Of a stretch of 64,000 nucleotides of DNA, positions 29,101 to 42,889 are shown piece by piece. The DNA is taken from contig OZ059895.1 of NCBI GenBank assembly GCA_964057225.1, positions 15,376,001 to 15,440,000 of the forward strand, written 5' to 3'. The stretch is from Auanema rhodensis. Taxonomy: Eukaryota; Animalia; Nematoda. The notes under the pieces are model-generated. The model saw nothing but the letters and a program-made list of their open reading frames with translations, ran no database searches and was not told the DNA's origin. Each line of letters begins with the position of its first letter. Position 1 is the first letter of the stretch. Both the position numbers and the translations under genes were made by a program.

Positions 29101-29199
29101 AGCAAAACCAACCATCCATGCTAATGATAGAATAGCGAAAGTAAGTAAGGATGTGATACCAAGCGAGTTGCCTCGCAAGAGGCTGGCTTGTCCTGTCAT
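26194..29199 (-). CDS. stt-3: Oligosaccharyltransferase catalytic subunit STT3
   Basis: [37 protein letters not shown] and DNNTWNN motifs. ATG at 29199 follows tttacag. TAA at 26194. Confidence 0.96.
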
Positions 29200-29793
29200 T
29201 ACCTGTAAAAAAAATTGTTAAAAAGTTCAAAAAAACAAGCTCAAAGGTGTTAAATGAAGCATTCTGATACGTCACGTATTATAGAGAAATTATGCGTGGC
29301 ATTCGAATGACACGAAGGGTTGGCCGTGCTAGGACCATTAGCGATATATTGCAAACTGTGCGTCCTTTGCGTAGTGGACACGCCCATCTTTATAAGTACA
29401 TGTGTTGTACTGAGCTTCTGGTGTTTCTTAAGGCTGGATTACCTTTCAGTTATCGCATGTTTACCGTATTCCACTCAATATCAATCGATTAGCTTCACGC
29501 TTTCAATGATGCGAATGCTGCATGTTTCTTAGAAAAGGCTTTGCTAGTTGTTTTTGTGTATGCGATTATCATAAAACTGTATTTCGAATCGATTGAATGA
29601 GGTATGATATTCAAAGAATATCTGTTAATTTCCATTGTCTTTGTATATAAGTCTTGATTATACAATTTACTTTTTATTACTCGCATTTTCACCGTTTCAT
29701 TTTTATTTTATTTTTTATTTAGACCGGTATAACGGATCATCATTTATGATATTCGTGTAGTAATTACTGCAAAGTGGGTTCAGCCTCGCTAAT
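29200..29793. promoter_or_regulatory. Divergent (probably bidirectional) promoter region between stt-3 and gen-1
   Basis: Head-to-head start codons ~600 bp apart, with a locally CpG-richer stretch at 29270-29390. Confidence 0.6.
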
Positions 29794-31702
29794 ATGGGAG
29801 TCACGGGTATCTGGGATCATATGCAGAAATATGCTGAAATTGTTGATATATCTAAACTGAGAAATACAGTCTTAACGATAGGTTTTGTTTTGTTTCTTTT
29901 TGTTTATACTCTCTTCTCTTTTAGATGGTCATATATGGCTATATGAATCAGCCAAAGGATGTCAGGCTCATGGTGTTTCTAATGCATCCTATTTAGTCAC
30001 CTTTTACAATAGGTGTCGTAGACTTCGAGAGCATGGAATTGAACCTATAATAGTTTTTGATAATATTTCTTTCAATACGCTGGAGGCATCAGTAAGATTT
30101 TGTTTAAAGTTGTTCACTGATCAAAACTTTCAGCAAGCCCTGGCCGACAATGTCCGTAGGAAAAGATCCAAACGTTTTGCCAGCAATGGTTGGAGCCCCG
30201 AGATTTGTGCTCAAATTTCTTTAAAGATTTCAAAAGTCCAGGTGAGATATTTGGCTATGTTACATAATTATTACGAAATACCATTGCAGACTTTACTTGA
30301 GCAGATGGGGGTTCCTTGTATATTTGCTGGTTCCGATGGAGAAGCTCAATGTGCCCAACTCGAAAAGGCTGGAATTTCTCATGGATGTGTCACTACAGAC
30401 TTCGACTATTTTCTTTTTGGCGGTTTAAATCTCTATAAGGTTACGATGCGGACAGTTTCATTATTAACTTTTTAATTTAGATAGAATTTATTAATGGAGG
30501 AAGATCTATAAAGCCAACCGTAACTTATTTTTCTATGAAAGTCTTCGAACGCACATTAAGTATACATAACAACCTTCAGTGTTTCAAAATAATAAATGCA
30601 TTCTTTCAGGCCTTAATCGTAATCGCTTAATTGCTCTTGCCATGCTTTTAGGATGTGATTACTTGGAAGGAGGTGTAGGTGGTGTTGGTATTGTTACTGC
30701 ACTGGAAATTCTTTCCGAATTTACTGTACATGAAGATGATCACATAATATCTATACTTGACCGATTTGCGTAAGTATTTCGTTTTTATTCAAATTTACAA
30801 TATTATGCTTAGATCATACTGTAAACAAGAATTACCACAGCGTGAATCTGATTCAGCTGTTAAAGTTAAATTTCGTTCAAATAAGTTCAAAATTCCATAT
30901 GGCTTTCCTAATACTGAGGAATATTGGTTTGTGAATTTTGATTTAAGATTTAGGTAATCTAATGATTTATAGCGAAGCTGCTTCTATATATTTAATACCT
31001 AATGTTGTTGATTTGAAAAGATCTAGTGTTCCTTTGCCAAGAGATATGAATAATCGAACTGTTGCTGTAAGTTTTCGACAAGTTTTATTTATTTAAAATT
31101 AATTTCAGAGCTTGTTATTGAAAGAATGTAATTGGAGTGTTTCTAAATTTAATAAAGAACTTTCTAAAAGTCAACGAAAAGAATTAGCTGTTAACAATCA
31201 CGTTGTAAGCTTTAACATATCGCACACCTACCCTGAATTTATAATTTTTAGATTCAAACTAAAATTCTCGATTATTTTCCTACATCTCGCAGGCGTTCTG
31301 TTATTAAGCCTGTAGTTGAAGCTTGCACTGATGAAGAGAGACGCAAGTGCAGTCAAAGAGAATGGGCTGCAATTGAACGTTTAAGAAATCGTGCAAGCTT
31401 GTACGACGTTGTTGTGAGTTTTAGTAGGAGCATTATCACCTCCCGACTCAGATATTTCAGCTTCAAAGCCAAATAGTTCCTCCGAAGAGGGCTGGACCAC
31501 CAATTGATTCCAAAGATTCGCCTGCTAAGAGAAGTAGCCCACTGTGAGTAGTTAGATGGAGGTTCTCGTTAGCAATCTTGTATTTTCCAGAATCATAAGT
31601 GACGATACAACTCCTACTACTTCTACTCAGCAACAAAATTTGAAAGTATGTGAAGATGGGGAAACGTTCAGTGCCGGAGCTTCTGTAATACTTCTGGCCT
31701 AA
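29794..31702 (+). CDS. gen-1: GEN1 Holliday junction resolvase (XPG/Rad2 nuclease family)
   Basis: MGVTGIW N-terminus, [33 protein letters not shown] and [10 protein letters not shown] motifs. The short N-to-I domain spacer fits GEN1 rather than XPG. Confidence 0.88.
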
Positions 31703-32225
31703 TAAATGAAGCAAACTGTTATTGCTTCTTCTACTTCCACTTTCAAATTCAAAATATAATTTCTTAATACTCATCTAGATATTACCGTCATCTGTATACA
31801 TGCACCGAATCCACATTGTATTTATGCCTAGAAGTTTCAATAATTTTGATATTTACAATTTTGCTCATTCCCCTTTTCATTTTTTTTGTGATAACACCAA
31901 ATCTTTCTTTTGTTTCAGAGCAATGTTTTCATTTTTTATCAAGGACGATGTTTATATTTATACTCCTCTATACATATATGTACGTACAATATGTTCATAG
32001 TCGCTTCATAGATTTAATTTTTTTTTACTTTCAAAGGTTTTACATTTGTATTGTCTTCTTCGCTTTTGTGTGCGTTAAGCCATTTATGAGCATTTTATTC
32101 ATTTGATGCCTAAACTTTTTTGAAAAAAAAATATTTTAATCTTTTATTCCGTATATTGGTATATTTACCTGTCAAGTAGTATCTGAAACCAAATGTTTAA
32201 TTTTGAAACTATTTCCTTTTCTCAG

Positions 32226-33163
32226 ATGTCTGCTCCGGTTCTTGCTCTTACGGGTCCTGGTGGTGTTAATCAAGATGATCAAGTTCTTGTAGATGCATTA
32301 CCTTATTTGGATACTGATTACAATGAGCAAGATCGACAGCTTGCTTTGAAACTTATTGAACAAGAGTGCAAAGTTTGTTCTTTTATAATTGTCAAGCATT
32401 ATAAGTTTGTGCTTCAGATTTTCCGACCAACAAAAAATTATTTGAAACACTTAGCTGTTCCGGATTTTGATATATTCTTATCCCCATGCATGCTCAAAGA
32501 ACATGCTCGTATGGCTAAGAAGCAGGTGGGAATTTGTTGTTGCACCGAAATTCAATTCTTTTTTTTTTCTAGGATATGCCAAAGTTAGACATGACACGAT
32601 GTGAAATTCCTTCACCAGCAGGCACGTCTCGAGCTACTGATCGTGATTCTTGGAAGAAGGTAGCCAATTCATTTTCTACATTTGCTTAAGTTTTGTCCTT
32701 TTAGAGCATTAAGAACGCAAAAACCCAAAATGAACATTTGGTCATGAGACAAATTAATTTGGAGTTAATGAATGATTATGCTGGAGAATGCTATCTTCGA
32801 AGAAACAAGACTTTAGAGGAAGAACTGACTCAAGCTGAAACAATTCTGCGTCATCATAAAGAACAAGTAATTTCATTTTTGGCATTTTCTTCTAAAATTC
32901 AGTTTTATTAGATTATGGAGGTCCACGCTCATCGTAAACGGTCACAATTAGACGCTGGAAGATTACTAAAAGAGAAAGAGCAAAACTGGGTATCTATGGT
33001 TACAAATAATTATAGGTAAATATCATAATTCCTTATTCTTCAAGTAATTTTAAACTTTTTTAGGATGGAAATGGCTATTAATGATTTACAACTGTCGACA
33101 GCTGAAGATGCTAAGCGTTTAAAGTTGGATGACTCTCACTTCCAACAGAAACAGTTATCTTAA
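32226..33163 (+). CDS. bcas-2: Pre-mRNA splicing factor SPF27/BCAS2 (Prp19 complex)
   Basis: VDALPYLD, LIEQECKIFRPTKNYL, MPKLDMTR and INLELM motifs. ttttctcag sits directly before the ATG. TAA at 33163. Confidence 0.92.
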
Positions 33164-34987
33164 GTCATCGTTGTTATTTTCAAGATTTACCGTTGTTGTT
33201 ACCGACTGATCATCTTTTTCATCCCGGGCAATTGCTTGAAACGATCTCTGATTGATTTTACTGCCCAAATATGCAATTTAAACTATTCCCATACAAATAA
33301 ATTCCAAGAATCAAACTATGCTTTTCTCTTTCTCATATTAACATGCAAGTATAATCGCGTTTACAGAGGGTGTTGACGGGTGGAATTTAATCTGAGCAGT
33401 AAGTGAGCCAGTTCGTGATATTTCTCTCTAGTGTACATGAAAAACGGAAATGATGTGAAATAAATGAAAGTTGAAACATTCAATTCGAAGGTGTAAAGTG
33501 TTTGTCTGATGGTTGTCTAACTGACATGTATTGCTGAGAGATAGCTGTGTCACATTGCTTTTGGTTAAGCTAACGCTTTTCCCATGTTTTCGATGTCTTG
33601 GCATGCCAATAGATGTAGGAACTTCCTCTCATTCAATGAAACAGCTGTTATTCTGTATGAAAACAGCTTCACTTTCAAACTTGGTCCCGGAATTCGTAAA
33701 TAAGACATTAGTGCCGTTCAGTTTTCTTTATCTTATCCTCTCCTCTTTCTGCTGTTCTTGTCTGTTAAACACTGAAAGGTGTTCAAATTTATTTCAGTCT
33801 TATACTCGCTTGAGAGCACGAAGATTATGGTTATAAGATTAGAAGAAGAAGAAGGGACGCGTTATCTGAAGCATCTTTTTCAGCCACTAGCTCTTAGAAA
33901 CTGTTTGTCTTAGTCGTACTGAGTTTTCGCCCTTTTAATCAACATACCTGATAGAAATAACTAGCATAAATAGCTAATTAGTCATATTTTCTTGTAAAAT
34001 TTCTGTTCTTTTCTTTCCCAATTACTCATATTCCATTATTTGAAAAGCAATTAGTCAGAAATGCATGTTTTCATCATACCACTATTCCATACTTCCTCAT
34101 CTAATTCTCGCCCAATCTTCATTTTCCCGTTTATTTCTTCAATTTTCGAAATATTATAAGAATTGATTATTTCATATAAACATACAAAAATAGTTTTACC
34201 TTTCACTAAGAGAGACGAACAAGATTTTTAGCAGAATAAGTTGTAATAACTGGTTCTCAACCATCTCTTTTTTTCCTTTTTTATCAACAAATTGTGCCCT
34301 TTACTCTTTGATATCGCTGTCTTTATGTTCTGGAGTAGCACATGCTTATCACCAATTAACTACATTCATAACACACTATCCATATATATGTTTAGGAAAT
34401 TTGACCTCTTGCACTGCTAGTTAGAATTCAACTCTTAATATTTTAGAAAAATCAGACCTTTTCAAGATGATAATGCTGCTTTTACAGCTTTTACGTGATT
34501 TTCCTATGCATATAAAACATCAAATAATTAATATTTATTGTTTTTATAATGATTCTATCGTTGAACAGTTACGGAGAGAGGATAGATAGATAGATGATTG
34601 CTGAAGGTCATCAAGCCTGGTGATCTTTCGCTCTCTATCTATCTATCTCTCTCTCTCTCTCTCTCTATGTATTTCAGCTCGGAAACTGATCATTCTTTAG
34701 CTAAGCAGCATCTCCTATATTGTCACACTAAATTTGTATCACTTTTTTCATGTTTAAATACAATTATTTTCTATTTTAATGACTAATTTAAGCATTGTCT
34801 CGGTTATTTCTATGCTATTTCAAAATATTCTTACATCTCCGCACACTAAGTATTTTACTATTCATATTCTTTAATCCCCGATGTTACAACCAATAAGCAC
34901 AAATTGTGATCAATGCCTTTCTTCAAAAATTCATGAACGTCCAAACACCTCGATGTATTCATTGTTTTCAGATCCCAGAAATTGGCC

Positions 34988-37900
34988 ATGAATGGCCCTA
35001 CTGGCCAACAGCAGAATCCGAAAGGTGAATTTTTTTACAAACTAATAATTTTTGATTTGTTTGAAAACTAATTATTGAAAATCAAGAAAGATAGTAAGTG
35101 AACTATCCTGACACTAATCCACAATATATGAAAAAACCAACCGCTCATTGCATACAGAACGTGGAAAATGAAACATTGTTGTCCCTTTTTTCTTTATTTT
35201 ATCGGCACTTTTCGGTTTTAGTGATAACTCACAAAGATAAAATAAATGAATAACTAAGCAAAAATAGAAGAATATGCGAGTGTTTAACTAATCCTAACTA
35301 ACGCCAGCTGAAGAAAGAAGCCTAAGTTGCCATAGGAAATATTTTTTAAAAATAATCGATTTTCTTGTCGTTTTCTTCAAAAGCAACGAAATGAATTTGA
35401 ATTAAAACTTAAACGTCAAGTTTTCATTCTAAGTTTCGCCTCTATTCTTGACCTTAAAAACATTTTAACAGCATTCTGGTCAAGAACAACATGAAACGAC
35501 GCCTATCGAATGAGGGGAGCGTATGATAGAGTCAGAGAAATAGACTTATCGGATGAAGGCAGAGAACTAGAGCAATGTAACTCATGGAAATGAACCATTG
35601 AGGCAGTTCGACTTTTCATGCTTTGCTTTATTTTTCTTTTCATTCCATGTAATTTCTTCCTTTTCAAACATTCCAATCATTATTACATCAATTTTCAAAT
35701 TTTCTCTAGAGGTTTAGTAGTCGGCCGTTGTAAATATTTGAAAACTTAACACAAAAATCTAAATAGTTATGTATATCTATTGTTATTATTTTGGAAATAG
35801 ATTGCTTTAATGCCACAAAAACTCTTTTGTAAATGATATTCATCACGCCTACAGGTGTTATATGATAGCTTTGGTCAAATTATACGCTTTAAATCTTCTT
35901 TTTCTACCTTGTTTATTTTAATTTTCGTTGTTTTCAAGTGTTTCAGAATTAAATTAATGTTTTTATTTTATAAAATTTGTGGTTATTTCATAAAGGAAGC
36001 ATTTAAGCTCTTTTTCTTTGAATACTATTGAATAAGTTTTTCGTACCTCATATTACTATTGATTCATTTAGTCAGTTTCTACTCTCAGCGATAACAGGTG
36101 TGTTATCTATGAAAATTGTTTTTTTCCGAGTATTTGAAGAGACACAAGTTTATTGTGAACTATGATGAGTTTCCTCACATTCACAGATGAAAAACTGTGT
36201 GAAATGTACTTTTCTTCTTTAATACCAACGCATTGTTGACATTCTGTAGTGCTCATTGCCTTTAGCATCTTTGCAACTTATAGAATAGCCATCCTACCAG
36301 CTGTTTGAACAACGACTGTTTCAGCTCACGCTGTCTCTTTTTTTTTCAAAAAAAGAGGAGCCAAAAGTTGGATAGTCAATTCCTTTCTTTTTATTCACAG
36401 AATCCGCCTTTACGCTGCCTTTCATCATCAGTCATTTTGTTTTCTGTTCAGCATCTTCTTCGTATTCTATCCCTCCTCATAGAACAATATGTTTCATTGC
36501 AATATGCGCTGTCGTTATTCTGGCTCCTAAAGCTTTTTTGAAAGATACTACTTGAAATGCATGTCCCAATACTCAGTTTTCGCTTATCGCTCACAAGCAT
36601 TTCCACAAACTCATCTTTACTCAATTTTTTTTCAATCTCAATGGCTTCTTCAAGATATAGCCGTTTCTATGGACATTAAAACTGCCACAATTTGTCCTGT
36701 TGAAAGTGAAGGCATTGGTTTATGGAAGCACGCTGTGGGATTTCAAATTGGATATATGTCCATATTGTGCATTATCAGACATTTCCAATCATATTCTGCC
36801 TCTTCCATATGCTGTATTATATATTTTCCAAAAGGCCTCGCCATCATTCACTAATATCTTTAATATTTCTTGCTCCCATATCACTCATTTTATTGAATTA
36901 TGCTTGCGTTGATTTACTTCAGAAAACAATTATTACCTATTTACACACAAATATCGCCATTTTTATTTAGAAATGTATAGCTTTTAAAATTTTCTTGTTC
37001 CAGGACCCGTGAAGGACAACATGGGTGTTGAGTCTTACGTCGTATCTGTCGTAAGCTCGGCCATCGTTGTCTTTCTGAGCTATTTCCTAGGCTTATTTGG
37101 ATATTCATGGCTATGGATTTGGATAATAGTGGGCCTTAATTTGGGCAAAAATTACCTATGGAAGAAGAGGGAGAAACAGTAAAAAATAGTAAAATCCGTT
37201 TTAAAACAGTTTAATGTTATAGTTTGATGTCTCTCCGTGCTACTTCTCTCCGAGAACGTGAAGTTATCATGGCTCAACTTCAAGATCTACCAGCTTGGGT
37301 TCAATTTCCGGATACTGAGAGAGTCGAATGGATGAATAAAGTTCTTATTTTCTTAAATTCTTTTAACATCTACGGAATTGCAGGTTATACTTCAGCTTTG
37401 GCCATATATTGGAGAGTATGCTAAAGTTTTCATGACTGATTTCATAATACCACAAGTGAAAGTAGGTTTTTTTGCTTGTTTTTCCTTTTCTGAATGCAAC
37501 CGCTGATTTTGATTTGATGAGTTAAAATGTCGTCACGGCTCACGTCACGCTTAATTTGAAGCCAGCTTGCATCTGGTATATTATGCTAATTTTCTTTGTA
37601 TAGCATATAATTATAGTACGATTTTTCAAAAATAGAAATCTATATATTCTCGATTTTTCGTCTTTTTTATTATATTTCTCTTTATAGGCTCAAATGCCAG
37701 CCATGTTTAAAAATTTTAAGTTCACTAAAATGGATATGGGTGATATTCCATGTAGAGTTGGTGGTATTAAGGTAATTCCATGTTATTCATGTTTTTCATT
37801 CTACAAGAAATTTTCAACATACAGGTCTATACCCATAATGTTGGAAGAGATAGAATTATTGTGGATATGGATGTAGCTTATGCTGGGGATGCTGACTTTT

Positions 37901-40900
37901 CAGTGTCATGCTGTGGATTTACCGGAGGAATGAATAATCTTCAGGTTTTTATAGCGTTTGAGCAGATAATGGAGTGAATTATATTCAGTTTTCTGGAAAA
38001 TTACGAGCTGTTCTAAAGCCATTACTTCCATATCCACCAATGGTTGGTGGTGTATCTGGATCTTTCTTGGAGATGCCTGTAGGTTATCATAATCCTTGAT
38101 ATTGGATGCTTCGTTTTTTAAGAAAATAGATTTTAATCTCACTGGTATGGGTGAAATGGTCGAATTGCCTGGACTGATGAATGCTATTAGGACTGTTGTG
38201 AATAGCCAGGTATAGTCTTCTACATATCATTGAGATCTTATTGATTGTGTTAAGGTTGCTGCTCTGTGTGTTCTTCCTAATGAAATCGTGGTTCCATTAG
38301 CGCCTGATGTTGATGTTACTCGTTTATTCTTCCCTGAACCTGATGGTGTCATCCGTCTTAGAATAATTGAAGCCAAGAACTTGGAAAATCTTGATATTAC
38401 TTTGTTCAAAAAAGGAAAGAGTGACCCATATTGTGAGATTCAAGGTGAGGATTATTCATTTAACTCATTTTCATGACTTTCTTTTGTAGTTGGATCACAA
38501 TTCATGAAAACAAAAACAATTGATAACAACTTAAATCCTATTTGGAATGAGTATTTCGAAGCTGTCGTTGATCAAGCAGACGGTCAGAAACTTCGCATTG
38601 AGGTATTCGATGAAGATCAAGGAAAGGACGAAGAATTAGGTCGCTTAAGTTTGGAACTCAGCAAGATCCGCAAATATGGTTCAATCGATCAGGTTATTTC
38701 CAATATTTCTGAACTGTTCTGACCTTTCTAGTATTTTAGTGGTATGCACTTGAGGGATGTAAACACGGAGATATTCACATTCGAGCCACATGGATGAATT
38801 TATCAACTGTAAAAATATACAAATATACTTAAAATAACTTTAGTTTATTTATTTTTGCAGGATCTTCGTCACTTAGAAATTCGTGAGCCGGAATACTTAC
38901 AATCCGACAAGCCTGTTCATCCAGCTTTGTTGATGGTCTTCATAGACTCAGTATCTGAATTGCCCGTAAGTGATGTTTATAAGAAATTGGTTTGATTGAT
39001 AAATAATGTCTTCAGTATCCAAAATCAAAATTAGAGCCATCACCTTTCGTTGAGGTGACATTAGGAAAAGAAATTCAAAGAACTCCAGTTAAGGTTTGTG
39101 TTTTTAACATTCTTCTCACAATATATTTAAATTTTCTATATTTATTCAATCTTTTAATCTCTTTCCATCTCTCTTATTCCAGGTAAAAACTGTAAATCCC
39201 TTATATCAGTCAAAGTTTATGTTCTTCGTGCGTAATCCCGAAGGTCAAGATCTGAAGTTTGAGGTGATTCATCAAATCATTGTGAAGCAGACACATTAAT
39301 ATCTGCTAAATCTCCTTCATTGTTTTAGTTTGAAACAACAGTTTTTGCTTTTCTTGATTGTTTTACAACTATTTACGCTGAATACGAATATCACTTTTTC
39401 AGGCTTTTGACGATGGCACTCGGCGTAGTTTAGGAGCTTTGACGATTGGCTTGAACAGCTTGATGAAAGAACCTTCTTTGGAATTCTATCAACAAACTTT
39501 CATGTTGACACACGGTGTACACCAAAGTCCCATCGTGGTTACCGTCAGATTAAGGGTTCGTTTTGAATTCCCATTGTATACATTTCACTCAACGTTTCTG
39601 AAATTTCTTATAATTCACGAATAATTTGTCAACACAACTTCTTGCCACTCCATTCTATGCCTGTATTTGCAACATTTAGAGTTTACCAAATAAGTTTTTC
39701 ACAGCATTTGAAAGTTGAGAGCAAAGAGCTCAATGGCTAGCACGTGAATATAAACTTTGAAAAACTTTTTCAAGTTCAAAACGAGAGCAGACCATTTATT
39801 GAGAAGCATGTTTGCACGTGTATCATTCGAATTTTATTGCAAATTGTTTTGTTTTGTAAGCTTTGATCAGTGAAGGTATCATGCAGTTAAGTGGGTGTGG
39901 CAGAAGTGAAGTTTAAGTTCACAGAAGGAGTTGTTTAACAGGTTTCTATGAAAACGGCATTTTTCAATGTTCGGTTTTAATTAGAATTTTTTGAGATGAT
40001 GAACTTTAGACACTACAAAGCTATTTAAGAGCTTTACAGCTCTGAATCCCTCTCTCTTTATAGGGTCTGGCGGCTGTTGATCCCAGCAAGACTTTTCTGA
40101 CTGCTGACAAACCGCCTAAGGTAGTAGATTTGCATCCCGTTGAGAGTGTTATAGCAACTCACATATTGTCTCCTGAACGCAGTTATGAGAACAAAGAACT
40201 GGAGTTTGATTCGAAAGAAATAACAATTGATGAAGTCGCTGAATCTTCGTCGTCTACTATTGTTCAGCCAGATATCTCGAGTGCAGTGATTCCAGATGAT
40301 ATAGCTCTAGCGGTTGCTGAGCCTGCTCAGCCGCGTCAACGTATTCGACCAACAGCAGACGATATTGTCGAGATTGCTTATTAGAATCTGTGTATCTAAC
40401 ATTGCTAACATGCTGAATTTCCATGCTGCTTGCCGTTTGCTCATGCGATTCTCACCTGATTTTGCCTAGTCGACATGGCTTTTCTTTTTCTACCAAAGTC
40501 TGCTTCGGGTTCTACAAGCTACGGCTTCTTACTACGTCATCTATTTTTCCATTTATTCATTTACGGTGTTATTCTTTCTTTCTTTCGGGCCATAGGATGT
40601 TTTCTGAGCTTTTTAGTTGCTACATCGGTGTTATTGATTTATGAAATAAGATGATAGTTAATATAAGTTATTGATAAATGTCACTAATTTTACGTTGTTG
40701 TGTGATTCTGTTGATGTAGGCATTAGTATAGAACGTTAGTATCACTCTCAAATCTCACGTGTTCAGGCACTAGCACGAGGACAACGACATAATAACAAGG
40801 GAGGAGTGTTGGACGATGAAACTCTGCGTCATTACGGCAACGGTAAGCTTCTATTCAGAACAGCAGTAGTAAGTCTATTACGTATTTAGCTTCTCATATT

Positions 40901-41789
40901 GAACGAGCGAATAATTCACGAATCTCAAAGAACGGAGACGTTACAGCTGTTGAACCATCAAAAACTATCAATCCACACCCGGCCCCTAATGAGCCAGAAA
41001 CTAAGTTTAACGTCGATGACATCAATGTAACTTTTCTCATTTCTGTCTGCTTAACCTTTCTTCTGTTTCTTTCAGATTCTTAGATCAGATTCCGTGAACT
41101 CATTGAACACTAGTTCCGGACGATCCAGTCGCTTGGGACGAATGTTCAAGCAGAAACATTTGAAAGATAAGCCTAGGTTGCTGATAGACTAATGATCTTT
41201 AGTTCACCCTCATATGTTTAGGGCTGATGTTCCACGAGGTGATGTTGAAATGGCTGTTCGCTATTCTCCGGAAACTCATAAAATGGTTGTTGTTGTTACT
41301 AGAGCTAGGGATCTATTACCATATGATGCAAAGGGAACTTGTAATCCATACTGTAATGTAAGCTTTCGAAAGATTTTAGATCATCGAACGAACTGAAAAT
41401 ATTTTCAGATAAAACTGCTAGATGTTTCCAATAATAAGGAGATTGCTAAGAGGAAAACATCTACTATTAAGTCAACCCTGTCTCCGGAATTCGATAACCA
41501 GTATGTTTTGAAAATACAATTATTGGGAAATTTCTCATCTTCCAATATTACAGTTTTGAGTTTGATATGGAGCCTTCTGACATTCTCAATTACAAGCTGC
41601 ACCTCGCTGTCAAAGATGATACCAACTATGGAACATTCTCGTCCAAACCTGTTATAGGAATCGTGAGTTCATATTCATGTTGTGCTTAAACTATTTGAAT
41701 CAACTTTACAGATCGAGATTAGGTTGGATTCTCTACATGACAAGCAACTGCCACAACAATGGGTACAGTTACAGCCGGAAAGGAAGTAA
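34988..41789 (+). CDS. esyt-2: Extended synaptotagmin (hairpin TM, SMP domain, three C2 domains)
   Basis: DLPAWVQFPDTERVEWMNK (SMP start), PDGVIRLRIIEAKNL..KSDPYC (C2A), C2B (PSPFVEVTLG) and C2C (NPYCNIKLL..KRKT..TLSPEFDNHFEF). A short first exon at 34988 is followed by a ~2 kb intron. Confidence 0.92.
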
Positions 41790-42297
41790 TCTCGGTGCTT
41801 TCCTAAATGATTTAGCTCAAAAGCTTTTCCAATTTTTTATTGTATGTATTTGTATTATCATCTACTTTCAATTTTAAATATACAATCAATTTTTGTAAAC
41901 TGAAAATTTCGAAAACTATGGAGCCTTCTCATACCGGTAATCTTTCATCATCATCATCATCAGTTAGTCTTCCTTTTCTTCTTCTTTCCATCCAAAAAAA
42001 TAGTGAATGGCATAGCCAATTGAGTAATACTTAATCTTCTTATATATAATTTGTTATAATATTATAAATATTTCTTTTTTTTTGTATTGAATACATCGAA
42101 TGAAGAGTTCTAAATCATATATGTTTCTATTAGTATTATTTGTTCTCGTCTTCCTCAACTAACTATTCATGTTTTTCGGATGCAAATGAATCTAATAATA
42201 ATTTGAGAAACAGTATATATTTATTCTTTTGAGATATTTCAATTGGAAACTGTGTTATGGATTATAATGCGTGAATATTTGTACAATTCTGAATAGC

Positions 42298-42826
42298 TTA
42301 AAGCCTTGTTATAATTGGCTCATCTGTACTGCTGCTGCTGCGAACCATGCCACGAATATTGGAGACAGCATTATTGAATTGAGCAGAAAAGTAATCCGAA
42401 AGGGACTATAAGACAATGAAAATTAAGAAAACCAGAGAAAACAAGTCGTCTTACCTGGTCATATTCGTATTGGTTGATGTACATGTGAGTTTTGAATTGC
42501 TCATCATTTAGTGCTCCACTTTTGTAGTCATCAATTGTTTTTTGGTTAGCATCTTTGAAGGTTTGACGAAGAGTATCGTATTGGCCATCAGAAGAGCTAT
42601 CGAACTTATTCTATAATGGATAACTTTAGAAGATTCAAGATGATTAAAATGAGGTGTAAGCTTGAAGCCTCAGAAAATAACATACTCCGTAAGCAGGCCA
42701 ATTGTCATCTCCATCACGGTATTGGTTTTGATTTTGGTACTGGTTTTGGTATTGCTTTTGCTTAGGATAAGCTGAAGCTGCGACAACTATAGCCAATATG
42801 AAGCTGACAGAGAATACAGAATTCAT
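42298..42826 (-). CDS. Small secreted protein (3 exons), Gln/Asn/Tyr-rich, unknown function; paralog of 43440-43878
   Basis: Signal peptide MNSVFSVSFILAIVVAASA. Two phase-0 GT-AG introns give an open frame to TAA at 42298. TATAAA lies ~60 nt upstream. Confidence 0.8.
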
Positions 42827-42882
42827 TGTTGAATGCAAAAGAAAAGTGTTGAAACTGAGTTTTCAGAAGATTGACTGATGGT

Positions 42883-42889
42883 ATTTATA
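42883..42889 (-). promoter_or_regulatory. Putative TATA box of the secreted-protein gene
   Basis: CTATAAATA on the minus strand ~60 nt upstream of ATG 42826. Confidence 0.5.

Noticed and set aside
36300-36970. Overlapping short ORFs in esyt-2 intron 1 (possible nested gene or TE relic)
   Set aside because: Frequent stops, no motif and no convincing splice structure.
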